Of a stretch of 64,000 bases of DNA, positions 28,201 through 35,574 are shown piece after piece. This DNA is from an uncultured Christensenellaceae bacterium (GTDB taxonomy: Bacteria; Bacillota; Clostridia; Christensenellales; Borkfalkiaceae), in NCBI GenBank assembly GCA_910587005.1, contig CAJULB010000003.1, positions 103,725 to 167,724 on the forward strand, in the 5' to 3' direction. The number at the start of each line of letters is the position of its first letter. The stretch's first letter is position 1. Under the pieces are notes generated by a model. The model searched no databases. It was not told the DNA's origin and saw only the letters and a list, made by a program, of their open reading frames with translations. The position numbers and the translations under genes were made by a program.

Positions 28201-29751
28201 ACGGCGGCGGGCAGATACGTTGTAAATTACAGAATAACTGCTCCCAACCATAACGTTTATCTCGGACAGTGGACGGTTGAAGTTACTGACGATACCGAAA
28301 AATCAATAACCATAACCTTCAAAAAACCCTATACCGTTGAGTTCGGCAAGGTGCCCGAAAGCAAGGATGAGCTTGCAAAGCTTGCCGAAGAGCTTTACGA
28401 CGGCGGATATATAACCGTTGACGGACTTGACAGAGAAGAGTTCCTTAAAGTTATGGAACTGCGTTTGAAAGTAGATAATTCCACCGACGTAACGACGGGA
28501 ACAGACGTAGGCAGATACACTCCTTATTTCGAAATCGGCGATGTGTTCGAACCCGTTTACGGCGGTTACGTAATCTTCTACAAGACCGAAAACACGGCGG
28601 AAAACTCCAACATCGGCAAGTTTGAAATTAAGCAGAAAGAGCTCAGCATTACATGGGACAGCATAGGCTTCGTAGCAGACGGTACGTTGCATCTTCCCAC
28701 GGCAACCATAGGCGGATTTAATGACGGTACAACCGCAACGCTTGAACTTGACAGCGCGGCGGGCAAAACGTTCAGAATCGAAGCCGACGGTAAAACAATC
28801 AATGTAACAATCGGCGTACACGGCGACTTAATCAGCGCCGGCGGACATACGCTTGTAGTCAGTGTAGACGACGATAACTATACAATCGACGTTCCTATGA
28901 CCACCGTTTCCATAACGGCGCCCATTAAGCTTGAAGTTAAATGGGAAAATACAAGCTTTGTATACGACGGCGAATCGCATCTTCCCAAAGCTTTGATAAG
29001 CGGTTTTGCTGGCGGTAAAACGTTTGAATTTGCTTTGCAGACAGCGGAAGGCGGCAGCTATTCGTTTGAAAACAACGGCACAACCATTACTTTCACAGTA
29101 ACGGTTGCGGGTTCAGGCAACGTATTTACGGACGTAGGCGTTTATAGAGTTACCGTTTCGTCAAACAGCGCTAACTATGTAATAAGCAATCCCGACACCC
29201 AGATATCGATAACGGCTCCCAGAAAACTTGTTGTAACGTGGAACCAGACGGTATTTGATGAGGACGGAACACAGCACTTCCCCAAAGCTTTGATAAGCGG
29301 ATTTAACGAAAGCGACCCCGTAGCTATCGAACTTAAAGCGGTAAGCGGCGGCGTGTTCACGGTAGAGGTAGACGGTAAAAGCGTAACCTTTACTGTAAAC
29401 GTTGCAGGTATAGGCAATATTCTTAAAGACGCGGGCAACTATAACGTTTCGCTCACGGTTAACAGCAAAGATTACGTTATCGATAACGCTGACGTTACCA
29501 TGACGGTAAGGGCGCTTGTCGGTGGCGAAGTCGAAGGCAAGCTTTCCAAGCCCTGGCTTATAGGTCTGATTATTGCGCTCGGCGTGCTGTTCATAATGAT
29601 TATAATTGCTTATATCGTTGCGGCTAAGCGCAAACCCAAGCTTGTCGGCGCTATCGACGAAGGCGGTTTCAGCGAACCGTATATGCAGTCTTTGGACTAT
29701 ATGGAAGCTGCACCGTCGGACGACGATGACGACGAAGAAGAGGATGAGTAA
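19213..29751 (+). CDS. Giant (3512 aa) cell-surface protein and DGR target
   Basis: Domain order: signal/anchor-like N-terminus, a variable lectin-like head, Ig-like (Big_3-type) and MBG/'YDG' repeats, then a C-terminal TM anchor and acidic tail. N-terminal hydrophobic segment 'IGTLFATFALSIACLTGTLL'. Head module ends 'SSWLRSG...VRPALHLNL'. Dozens of ~80-100-aa repeats carry 'V.YDG..H', 'AG.Y.VTV', 'NY......ATLTI.KA'. One classic MBG unit: 'FYGDAPA...GDYVITVSGFTSANYDITYVTGTLHV'. C-terminus 'PWLIGLIIALGVLFIMIIIAYIVAAKRKPK...DDDDDEEEDE'. No LPXTG motif seen. Confidence 0.9.
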   Translation: MTIHKKGQAKNSRFYAIFHRKATKIGTLFATFALSIACLTGTLLPSKTSNAMQGGVTYSQIGEIWNDTRNRFNSAELTKLFNQLAGSDYTAATKPKDALENIKTRLNLDSSKNDSYGTKAINETAANHYNHQLTSNQIRLKNGGKDIVVEFGGLEWTVTYLSYTKTGEPIATLWLANPLGTSRWSDYWYTKYTTTNMTKQSNLYGQSYIRSETLNAGSRYTTVAGASASSVKTDITSDASVQWVENQKSYDNPFAKFTINNKETAYDNSGNNPQKFKGSLTEFLATPREVSWQEDQSWSVFGNLDYSLGNDSWDDPYVIANGVSGNGAVASTFNYYNAGNGDFRRAYGRTTDSDGDGYGDGQVYNGAGKYKIQYTDWADDYVWLPSLTETGYQNNAGTSKSTVGGVWYPSQAQRKCFGGTNDGFSSSDSSWLRSGDSLNANNAHALSASGYPTWTTVSSVAAVRPALHLNLESAASAARGIDVPEEIETETAKTYSGTAIASLQYIDLTKSEISKVELTKTDNKGNPTTSTLTAGEYSVTDGVFYATNAGKYKVTFTIKNQANKWDGSTVDPDTGVPIHPTDPDQPVIYWEILDLPDGYTPQGSSDLRLQDQTIEFEIAKAETVLSDVRRTETAQLYTGGALPPLTCTTSVNGAVTLDSDQTLDHEATLYNWTFLPSGADQYNYKQKTGTITLNVKKPLLKTLTATFDADAYKSALEAGTALPIYSSTPIANIKAIISSFVTISGKKEDGNAYTLPIYYNIDYNATDKLNGKLQYGTTSVVASYQDADMLAEGVEAVKCDIEGIPVIAVEMTGITLNTTYKNVYNAYDTFDTTDLVVTATFNDNSTKVISSADYTVEYVDSTRSKLWASDGYVTVKYVYNAENGKENTDSKTASVTVNKINFTGLTFENSTVPYDGENHAITVGGTFDPDKMTAVYAYAGAVGSGRVNVGDYTVSVSLTFTDNELITNYHPVTLADVTLKITAVDYDDLTSLTFNNVSAEFIGQSLASAITASGMPAGVTATYTFADSEGNPVSSADVINAGSYTVTAKFKVDSNHNAIPDKTAVLTVTPKTILINNLSGINSEYTYAGSAWSNPAPILKVTLGTDATATNLVADTDYTVTYTVTAGTAGKAGATVLVTVTGKGNYKGTVTKSFSIKKATLNLTWNAGSPQYDGNPHGATLEVTGGVQAGDESITTSALGALISVTYTKDGATVSGVPSAMGIYTPAFTNFPTSEPYSNYDYVITNVGYKYEITAAVISGITFDDLSVEFNGKNQTIEITASSALPADVTPVYYYKGTSNLFTGATNAGTYEVTVKFVSASGNYAAPADMDAVLTITAKTIADINVSNINSEYVYKGEAWKPLPAVAVALGTDTTATTLAKDRDYTVAYSTEDYSAGTTVTVTVEGIGNYSGTVTVAFEIKKATLGVDFIGTDKTYVYNGVAQGVTAVFTGVAESDKDTVVPTIVYESADGTTYPANANLPKNAGSYVIKVTLDATFANYESFAEISETFDIEKATPVVHVAFDTYNPDTDRIFAGGDLPALKVVSAVFGSVTVTGTVDWQLVDGVKPLLTTALTDYVWEFVPAGDDAVNFNNYTGKIQLYGEVPGIAGITVEWRADVPAPTIYTSTSLDDLRKYIIVRATLDNGKPADGEITDYTLKGNWGAGVKPVDNVTADYNLTVISANGKSAELENVKYYKVELIGLDVVASDADAGIKLTYAALTKFDKSSISVIALYNDGSRVTDITDYEIKYPVEGEDVLWAGNTYVTVSYKDGTVATAKEFIINGLTVNSVNYDLTDVKFADTSVPYDGNEHSVVVTGLPASGMKLEYTYNGTALPDGVNGMVDAGKYTVSVKITFTDNKYIVNYNAIVLSDITLTVEKIDYDGVGDITFDDVAVDYNGSARADEIVAGNVPAEVVALGVTYKYEKVGADGTLTECSAEDVINAGEYKVTVSFTVDKNHKDIPAVTKTLTINKIDPTINPTVIRAITGQLLIGAQLISADGDTPGKYEWINPDHTLANTNNEQYRFTPTDTVNYNVVTKNIVFAAETKVLQTIRVIFTQGDTKLYTSYTIEDVKKLIDEGKISIQVIGVYTDGYNATEENISAGYELSLPDGATHLTEGECHISVKYQHVTNSDRYLTVTKTELESITPVFDQKGVPVYSTPDDIETLKALIAAGTVSLTVTGTNNDGKTATEPFTYTISGDWSGMTADGKFAVTVTVDGTSISNTFEVEITLAAIASIKAEFDQKDAKIFTSTDLDGFKQLLANGEVSLTVKAYYNNGKNVEINLATDTSDGYTLALSTANFEVGGLVNVSYTVNGTSFPASFAVDVTEVEVVSVSATVKAGFTVYTDTTLANLKDNILATAYRNDGTSFDVPAADFSISLPDGETKLTAGAQKVVLVTYNGSDKSADCADFGLITGVTKHATQIYYNGKTEFTYTGSEQVINSGATTTNTQSPTIKYTIGGADAKFTDVPASGELVLKIEAAETDDYFAAEITLTITVSKADIDMSAVDFDDVEYKYDGTDKSITVDTSKLPAGVTVSGYEYLDTSDGTTLSTSSVSAAGVYKVTVKFTVTDTDNYNLVANKTATLTIKKADYDMTGVTFNGDTVTYDGSTHTLSVDASSLPSGVTVKEYVYTNKATGVKVTDTGVANAGEYTVSVSFNVADAVNNNAVADMTATLTINKAQTVIDTSAIVTDYTYDGLSHTVSGATLTAGETGAVILYSSNSTFTDVPSGGKLTVTVYVNDSTNYIGASATVEITVRKASLTITAKDKTIFYGDAPANDGINEPVGFVNGETVANLKGNATYSYDYAKGGNVGDYVITVSGFTSANYDITYVTGTLHVLQKTVAVEWTSQTYTFDGNGHAPTASFTGIGGDKIAMTVTVEEKGGSAVTGLPVNASTYVATAASTNANYKFTGETKEFTINPADIRVTGTGDQFYLSGGSKDITIDAAENGKYVYVILQGNVTGATFEYSQAHNTSSAYPSPEGEHSFTTSKPVITAAGRYVVNYRITAPNHNVYLGQWTVEVTDDTEKSITITFKKPYTVEFGKVPESKDELAKLAEELYDGGYITVDGLDREEFLKVMELRLKVDNSTDVTTGTDVGRYTPYFEIGDVFEPVYGGYVIFYKTENTAENSNIGKFEIKQKELSITWDSIGFVADGTLHLPTATIGGFNDGTTATLELDSAAGKTFRIEADGKTINVTIGVHGDLISAGGHTLVVSVDDDNYTIDVPMTTVSITAPIKLEVKWENTSFVYDGESHLPKALISGFAGGKTFEFALQTAEGGSYSFENNGTTITFTVTVAGSGNVFTDVGVYRVTVSSNSANYVISNPDTQISITAPRKLVVTWNQTVFDEDGTQHFPKALISGFNESDPVAIELKAVSGGVFTVEVDGKSVTFTVNVAGIGNILKDAGNYNVSLTVNSKDYVIDNADVTMTVRALVGGEVEGKLSKPWLIGLIIALGVLFIMIIIAYIVAAKRKPKLVGAIDEGGFSEPYMQSLDYMEAAPSDDDDDEEEDE
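20496..20617 (+). repeat. DGR variable repeat (VR), codons ~428-469 of the giant ORF
   Basis: Matches TR1 except at positions where TR1 has A. It encodes SWLRSG-DSLNANNAHALSASGYPTWT-TVSSVAAVRPALH. Confidence 0.92.
20631..20646 (+). other. Short GC hairpin 14 nt downstream of the VR (candidate DGR target-recognition hairpin/cruciform)
   Basis: TGCCGC-TTCA-GCGGCA: a 6-bp stem with a 4-nt loop, inside the coding sequence immediately after TR/VR homology ends. Confidence 0.5.
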
Positions 29752-29912
29752 GATTTAACTAAGTACCACACCTTTCGGTGCGGGTAAAAGGTAAAAAATC
29801 TTACCCGCCCGAAATTTACAACCGTTACCGCATTGCCCGCAAGGGCAATTGCGGTGAAGGTATTTAACGTCCAAAACGCGCGTTAAAAACGCGTTTTAAC
29901 CTACCCTAAGGG

Positions 29913-29946
29913 CACGGCGGCGCTTTGCGCCGCCGTGTCTGATTTT
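29913..29946 (+). terminator. Rho-independent terminator of the giant gene
   Basis: Stem CACGGCGGCGC/GCGCCGCCGTG (29913-29937) followed by TCTGATTTT. Confidence 0.7.
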
Positions 29947-30075
29947 ATGTTATAAAATTTCATAAAGGTATTTGCGTTCAGTCAATTGACTAATTTTCAG
30001 ATGTGTGTTATTGTCAATTCAATAGATATGTTAACGTTAATCTATTTATAAATAAACGTGTTAAAAGGTCGGTAT

Positions 30076-31122
30076 ATGAATAATTTAAAGATTTTTAAGG
30101 AATTTAAAAGCTTTTCCGCAGGGGTACAGTTTTTTGTACCGTCGGACGCAAAAGCTTATTCGGCGGGTAAGCCCTGTAACGGCTTCGGCTCGGTACGCTA
30201 CGGCGAAGGCTCGGTTTACTGCGGAGATTTGTATTTCGACGGTAAAAACTATAACAAATTAGGTTTCGGCAGACAGGACTTTATGCTGTCAGAGCTCGGC
30301 GCGCTCAATGCCGGCAGAAAGATGCGGAAAGCGTTTTACATAGGCAGCTTCGACTATCGAAAAACCGACTGGATTTACGGCAACGGCGTAATGTATTACG
30401 TTGACGCAGATAATCGACCCGCTTGCTTTGTAAAGGGCTTTTTCGAGGGCGTAAACAAAATAGGCGAGTATGACGGAGAGTTTTCCGCAGATTGCCTTGC
30501 GCAGGGCTTTACGCCCGATATGGAGCAGAATTTCGACGAGTGGCACGACGTTCTCGCAAAGATGTATTCCAAAAAGTCGGGTCTTAAAAAGCTTAAAAAT
30601 CTGTTTATGGGCGATTCATATTTCGAATTTTGGTGCATAGAAACGTTTTGCGGCAGTAACAGCTTTTACAGTTGTTTAGACGGTTCGGAAAACCTTGATA
30701 TAGGCGTTGGCGGAACGCGTTTTTGCGACTGGATTAAATTTTTGAACGAGTTGAAAGATTTGCCCGTGCCCGAGCGCGTTTTTATCAATCTGGGTTTTAA
30801 CGATATTCACGGCAACCGCCCCGCCGAGCTGGTTTACGGCAACTATCTTGAAGTTATAAAGATTTTAAAAGAGCGCTTCCCCGCGGTAAAAATATATCTG
30901 CTCAACATTGTCAAGGCGCCCGTTACCGATACATATTACGCCGAGGAGGAGAAGTTCAACAACATGACTAAGAGCTCGGCAGACGAGCTGGGCGTAAATA
31001 TAATAGATATGCGTTCCGCTATGGCGGCGGAAAAGGACGTGTATTTCACCGATAAAATACATTTCAACAGTCACGGCTATGCGGTTCTTGCAAATAAAAT
31101 AAAAAGTATAATCAACGGCTGA
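30076..31122 (+). CDS. MORN-repeat-like N-terminus fused to an SGNH/GDSL hydrolase (putative esterase)
   Basis: 'GFGSVRYGEGSVYCGDLYFDGKNYNKLGFG' is MORN-like. SGNH blocks 'LFMGDSYF', 'GVGGTR', 'NLGFNDI' and 'DKIHFNSHGY'. The ATG at 30076 is preferred over the GTG at 30058. Confidence 0.7.
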   Translation: MNNLKIFKEFKSFSAGVQFFVPSDAKAYSAGKPCNGFGSVRYGEGSVYCGDLYFDGKNYNKLGFGRQDFMLSELGALNAGRKMRKAFYIGSFDYRKTDWIYGNGVMYYVDADNRPACFVKGFFEGVNKIGEYDGEFSADCLAQGFTPDMEQNFDEWHDVLAKMYSKKSGLKKLKNLFMGDSYFEFWCIETFCGSNSFYSCLDGSENLDIGVGGTRFCDWIKFLNELKDLPVPERVFINLGFNDIHGNRPAELVYGNYLEVIKILKERFPAVKIYLLNIVKAPVTDTYYAEEEKFNNMTKSSADELGVNIIDMRSAMAAEKDVYFTDKIHFNSHGYAVLANKIKSIING

Positions 31123-31175
31123 ATTGAATGTATTAACCGTTCAATTACATTAATTTAATAATAGTTAAAACAAAA

Positions 31176-31209
31176 GCGGCGGGCAACCTTTAAGTTGCCC
31201 GCCGCTTTT
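31176..31209 (+). terminator. Rho-independent terminator (first of two in tandem)
   Basis: 12-bp stem GCGGCGGGCAAC/GTTGCCCGCCGC followed by TTTT. Confidence 0.75.
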
Positions 31210-31211
31210 CA

Positions 31212-31241
31212 GCGCCGTTCCAAAAAGGAACGGCGCTTTTT
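31212..31241 (+). terminator. Rho-independent terminator (second of two in tandem)
   Basis: Stem GCGCCGTTCC/GGAACGGCGC followed by TTTTT. Confidence 0.7.
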
Positions 31242-31433
31242 CATATAAAAAATTTGCTGAAAAATACCGTGTTTGGCTGTTGTTTTATATAAAAATCATA
31301 CAGTCCATATTTTGAAATTTGGATTATTTGGACAAAATAATTATGTTGTATTGACGGGTTGCCGATTATTTAGTTAAATGACAAATGAAAATAGTTATCA
31401 TTTACTGATTATTTTAAACGGGCGGTATGACGT

Positions 31434-32315
31434 ATGGAAATTGCTTTGAATATGAACCTGCTGGAAGACGGCAATTTAAAAATCAACATAGAAAAGGTTG
31501 CGCAGGAATTCTGCGATTCCCGCAAAAAAACAACCAACTGTCTGCGTCCGTGCTATGCGTTGCATTTTGTATTATTTGGCAAAGGCACGTTAATTGACGG
31601 TAACGGCAAAAAATACGAATTAGGCAAAAACGACACATTCCTTTTATATAAGAATGAAAAGTACAGCTACTGCCCCGACAATCAGGACCCGTGGTCGTAT
31701 ATCTGGGTGGAATTCAGCGGTACGGGCATTGACGAGCTTGTGGCTCTTTGCGGTTTCGATAAAGATAACATAAAAAAGCATATCAAGGACTTCAACGATT
31801 TTATTATGCTTATGCGCAATATGTACGAGTGCTACGACGCAAGCGAAGTCCAGTACTTGCGCTGTTCGGCGTACCTGATGCTTATACTCGGCAAATTTAT
31901 CGAGCAGGAGCTTTCGGCAAAAACTCCCCAGCGCGACATAAGAAACAAAAAGCAGATACGCAATATTCTCGTATATATCAACAACAATCATATGTCCTCG
32001 TCGCTGACGACGGAATCGATAGCCCAACTGCACGGTATGTCGGTTCGTTCGCTTAACCGTCTGTTTATGGAAGTGCTGGATATGACGCCGATAGAATACC
32101 TCAACGCCTACCGTGTTTCGGTAGCGTGCGAGGGAATTCAGTTATGGAATCCGAGCATAGCGGAGGCGGCAAAATGGGCGGGCTTTGAGGACGATGCTTA
32201 TTTTTCGCGTGTGTTCAAAAACATAAAAGGCGTATCTCCGCAGGAGTATAAAAAGAGCGGAACAACCGAAGACCCGTTTAAATGGATAAAAGAAAAGGGA
32301 ATGTTGTTCAGATAA
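31434..32315 (+). CDS. AraC-family transcriptional regulator (cupin plus HTH), first gene of the glycan cluster
   Basis: AraC-type C-terminal HTH ('SVRSLNRLFMEVLDMTPIEYLNAYRVSVA', 'GFEDDAYFSRVFKNIKGVSPQEY'). Confidence 0.85.
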   Translation: MEIALNMNLLEDGNLKINIEKVAQEFCDSRKKTTNCLRPCYALHFVLFGKGTLIDGNGKKYELGKNDTFLLYKNEKYSYCPDNQDPWSYIWVEFSGTGIDELVALCGFDKDNIKKHIKDFNDFIMLMRNMYECYDASEVQYLRCSAYLMLILGKFIEQELSAKTPQRDIRNKKQIRNILVYINNNHMSSSLTTESIAQLHGMSVRSLNRLFMEVLDMTPIEYLNAYRVSVACEGIQLWNPSIAEAAKWAGFEDDAYFSRVFKNIKGVSPQEYKKSGTTEDPFKWIKEKGMLFR

Positions 32316-32331
32316 TAAGGGGAAACAGTAA

Positions 32332-33591
32332 ATGGCAGAGTGGTTAAAGGTTTTCGGGCTGAGCTTTTTCAGCGATAAGCTTGCGTCAAAATCGGCAAAA
32401 TACGGTTTTGTGTCAATCGTTCTTACGATTGCGCTGGCGTTCGCCTTTTTTATGTTCGGATTTATGGCTGCGGATACTGTTCCGTTTGCGTCGAAATACG
32501 ATAGCTCCGCCGAATATAAGCAATTTGTGCACAACGCTTTTTCGTCGGCAGAGCTTAACATTGAAATTAAAGACGGACTTGCGCAAAGCAACAAAACCGT
32601 AAACACATACGCAAACAACGCCGATAAAGAAAAATTCGCGCGTAACGGCTATAACTTCATTATCGATACCCGTCCGTTTGACACGTTAATCGCCTTTTCT
32701 CAGGTTGCCGTTAAGGGCGATACGGAAATAAGCTATGCCGAATACCTCGGGCTGCCGGATAAAGATAAAGAAAGTTACCGCCTCGAATTCCGTTACACGG
32801 ATAAGGAGTTGGAGCTGACCTCCGCGGACACTGCCGAGCACGAGGCTTTTCTTTCCGAAATAAGTAAGGAGGGTGCGGACAGCTACAATAAGCAAGCCGC
32901 CGAGGAATATAAAAAGGTCAAAGAAAGCAATTTAACGCAGACCGAGTATACAAAGGAAATCTATTTTCTTTACGTCAAATACTATCACAGCGGTTTCGCG
33001 TCCGCTCTTATGGGAGCAAAGGCGCCCGTGCTTTGCGATTATTATTACCTCAACTTTATTTTAGGCGACAACAACAGCTATTTATATATGTTCGACGATA
33101 TATGCGTCGGTTCGTTCAAAACTGATAACGGCATACCAGCGGCGTTTGCGGGCTATTACAATGGCTGTAAAGAGGGAACGCTTACCGCGGACACCGCCGA
33201 CCGCTTTATAAAGGACGTGTTTTATAAATCCGTCAAATATTCTATGTCGTCGTACTTTACAAGCGCTATGCAGATGGCGCCCGCGTATGTGCTTATTCCC
33301 GTGTTGGGCGGGTTCGTGCTGTTTTTAATAAACAAAGCGGTTAAGAGCAAGTCGGCGCAGAAATTTCTTGAATGTTATAAAACGGTAAACTCATTCGCGT
33401 GGTTTTCCGCGTTGCTGACTGCGCTGATAACGTTCGCGCTCGGATTTTTTGTGTTTGCGCGCAAGCTGTATCTGTTTATGCCGCTTATATTCGCCTTGAT
33501 AGTTGTTTTGAGAACGGCGGTTTTCTGTATTACAAGACGTTTAAAGGAAAGAGCTGAAAGGGAAGAACCGCAGGAAGAAGAGAGTATTTAA
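32332..33591 (+). CDS. Hypothetical polytopic membrane protein
   Basis: N-terminal TM segment ('FVSIVLTIALAFAFFMFGFMAA'), a soluble loop of about 250 aa, then 3-4 C-terminal TM segments. I recognise no family. Confidence 0.6.
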   Translation: MAEWLKVFGLSFFSDKLASKSAKYGFVSIVLTIALAFAFFMFGFMAADTVPFASKYDSSAEYKQFVHNAFSSAELNIEIKDGLAQSNKTVNTYANNADKEKFARNGYNFIIDTRPFDTLIAFSQVAVKGDTEISYAEYLGLPDKDKESYRLEFRYTDKELELTSADTAEHEAFLSEISKEGADSYNKQAAEEYKKVKESNLTQTEYTKEIYFLYVKYYHSGFASALMGAKAPVLCDYYYLNFILGDNNSYLYMFDDICVGSFKTDNGIPAAFAGYYNGCKEGTLTADTADRFIKDVFYKSVKYSMSSYFTSAMQMAPAYVLIPVLGGFVLFLINKAVKSKSAQKFLECYKTVNSFAWFSALLTALITFALGFFVFARKLYLFMPLIFALIVVLRTAVFCITRRLKERAEREEPQEEESI

Positions 33592-33633
33592 AGGAAAAAA
33601 GCTGAAAGCAACTAAAGGGAACAGGTAGATTTT

Positions 33634-35574
33634 ATGAAAAAAATATATGTAGGTGCGGCGTACTATCCCGAGCTGTGGGATGAAAACGAAATTGATAAAG
33701 ACATAGAAAGATGCAAGGATTTAGGTATAAATACGTTGCGCGTAGGCGAATTCGCGTGGGCGGATATGGAGCGTAAAGAGGGCGTTTTCGACTTCGGCTG
33801 GCTTGAAAGGGTGGTTGATAAGCTGTATAAAAACGGTATATACACGGTCATGTGCACACCTACGGCAACTCCCCCGAGATGGCTGTTTAACAAGTACCCC
33901 GAAACGCGCAAGGTTATGAACGATTTAATCCGCGCGGACGTTTCTTCCCGCCATCACTCCTGCAAAACTTCGCCCGTAATGCTTGAAAAAACGCGCGTTA
34001 TCGTTACGGAAATGGCAAAGGTCTTTGCAAAGCGTAAAGGGGTTATCGGCTGGCAGGTCGATAACGAGATTTTTCCTTACGGCGACGGCTGTTACTGCGA
34101 AAACTGCAAAACCGCTTTCCGCAGTTATTTAAAGGATAAATACGGCGATATTGACAATCTGAACAAAAAATGGGGTATGGCGCGCTGGTCTTTGTGCTAC
34201 GACAGCTTCGAGGAGGTTGAACCGCCCTACCCCAAACAGTGGAGGCACCCTTCTCTGCGCAAAACGTGGTGGGATTTCCAGTGCAGACAGATTAAAGCGT
34301 ACATAGACGAGCAGGCTGAAATTCTGCACGCCTACGGCTGTGAAAACGTCGGCACCGATATGATGGCGCACAACTATTTAAGCTATTGCGAAATAAACGA
34401 AAAGCTTGATACCGTGCAGTTCAATCATTACAATCCTGCAAAGGAATTGGCTGATACCGCTTTTTCTTACGACTTTCTTAGGTGCGTAAAGGATAAACCG
34501 TTCTGGGTAACGGAAACGCAGGTCGGCTGGAACGGAAGCGAATACGCAGACTGCGGATACAGACCCGTAGGCAATTGCTATATGAATACGTTTTTGCCGA
34601 TTGCAAAGGGCGGGGAAATGAATTTGTTCTGGCTGTTCCGCGCCCCCAAAAACGGTCAGGAGCTGGCGCACGGCGCGCTGTATTCCACTGCGGGCAGAAA
34701 ATACTGCGTTTCGGAGGAGGTTAAACGCGTTTGCGCCGATTTGAAAAAGTGCGAAAGCTTTTTAACGCAAAGCGCGGTCAAAAGCAAAATAGCTCTGCAC
34801 TATTCGTCCACGGCGGAAAACAGCCTTAACGTTGCGCCCTTCGTGCAAAACCTCGATTACCGCGGATTGCTCCTTAAAAACTATTACGGCGCGTTCAGAC
34901 ATTATAACGTAGACGTTATAGATACCTGTCACGCGCTTGACGGTTACGAAACGGTAATTTCACCGTTTATGACCACCGCGGACGAAAACGGCTTTAAAGA
35001 ACGCATTACCGAATGGATTAAAAACGGCGGAACGTGGATTGTCGGTCCTATGACGGACATTCTCGACGAAAACGTTACAAAATTTACGCACGCGCCCTTC
35101 GGATTTCTGGAAGAATTAGCGGGAGTTTACACAAAATATCAAAAGCCGATAGGCAACGACGTTTTTAAGGCGCGTTGGACAAACGACGGCAGTTGCGGTG
35201 TTTCGGTATGCTTCGACGCGTACGAGCTTAAAGAAGGCGCCCAAAGCCTTGCGCATTATACAGAGGGCGAGTTTGCTCCGCTTTCGGTTATCACCGAGCG
35301 CAAAGTTGGCAAGGGCAGAGTGATTTTAGTCGGAAGCGTAATTTCCCGCGACGATTTGCTCAGACTTGTAAACCGTAAACCGATAGCCGAGGCAAGCGAT
35401 AACGTAATACTCGTGGAAAGGAGCGGTAAAGAAAACGGAATTATCGCCGTTGAAACGGAAAATACGGACGGATATATCGTGCTTGAAAGCGAATATACGG
35501 AAGTTATAACGGGCAGAAAGCTTTCGGGCAAATATAAAATTGCGCCTTACGAGGCGTTGGTATTGAAAAAATGA
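33634..35574 (+). CDS. Glycoside hydrolase family 42 beta-galactosidase
   Basis: 'GAAYYPELWDE...GINTLRVGEFAWADMERKEGVFDF', 'WQVDNE' and 'WVTETQ', with a C-terminal trimerisation/beta-sandwich region. 646 aa. Confidence 0.88.
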   Translation: MKKIYVGAAYYPELWDENEIDKDIERCKDLGINTLRVGEFAWADMERKEGVFDFGWLERVVDKLYKNGIYTVMCTPTATPPRWLFNKYPETRKVMNDLIRADVSSRHHSCKTSPVMLEKTRVIVTEMAKVFAKRKGVIGWQVDNEIFPYGDGCYCENCKTAFRSYLKDKYGDIDNLNKKWGMARWSLCYDSFEEVEPPYPKQWRHPSLRKTWWDFQCRQIKAYIDEQAEILHAYGCENVGTDMMAHNYLSYCEINEKLDTVQFNHYNPAKELADTAFSYDFLRCVKDKPFWVTETQVGWNGSEYADCGYRPVGNCYMNTFLPIAKGGEMNLFWLFRAPKNGQELAHGALYSTAGRKYCVSEEVKRVCADLKKCESFLTQSAVKSKIALHYSSTAENSLNVAPFVQNLDYRGLLLKNYYGAFRHYNVDVIDTCHALDGYETVISPFMTTADENGFKERITEWIKNGGTWIVGPMTDILDENVTKFTHAPFGFLEELAGVYTKYQKPIGNDVFKARWTNDGSCGVSVCFDAYELKEGAQSLAHYTEGEFAPLSVITERKVGKGRVILVGSVISRDDLLRLVNRKPIAEASDNVILVERSGKENGIIAVETENTDGYIVLESEYTEVITGRKLSGKYKIAPYEALVLKK

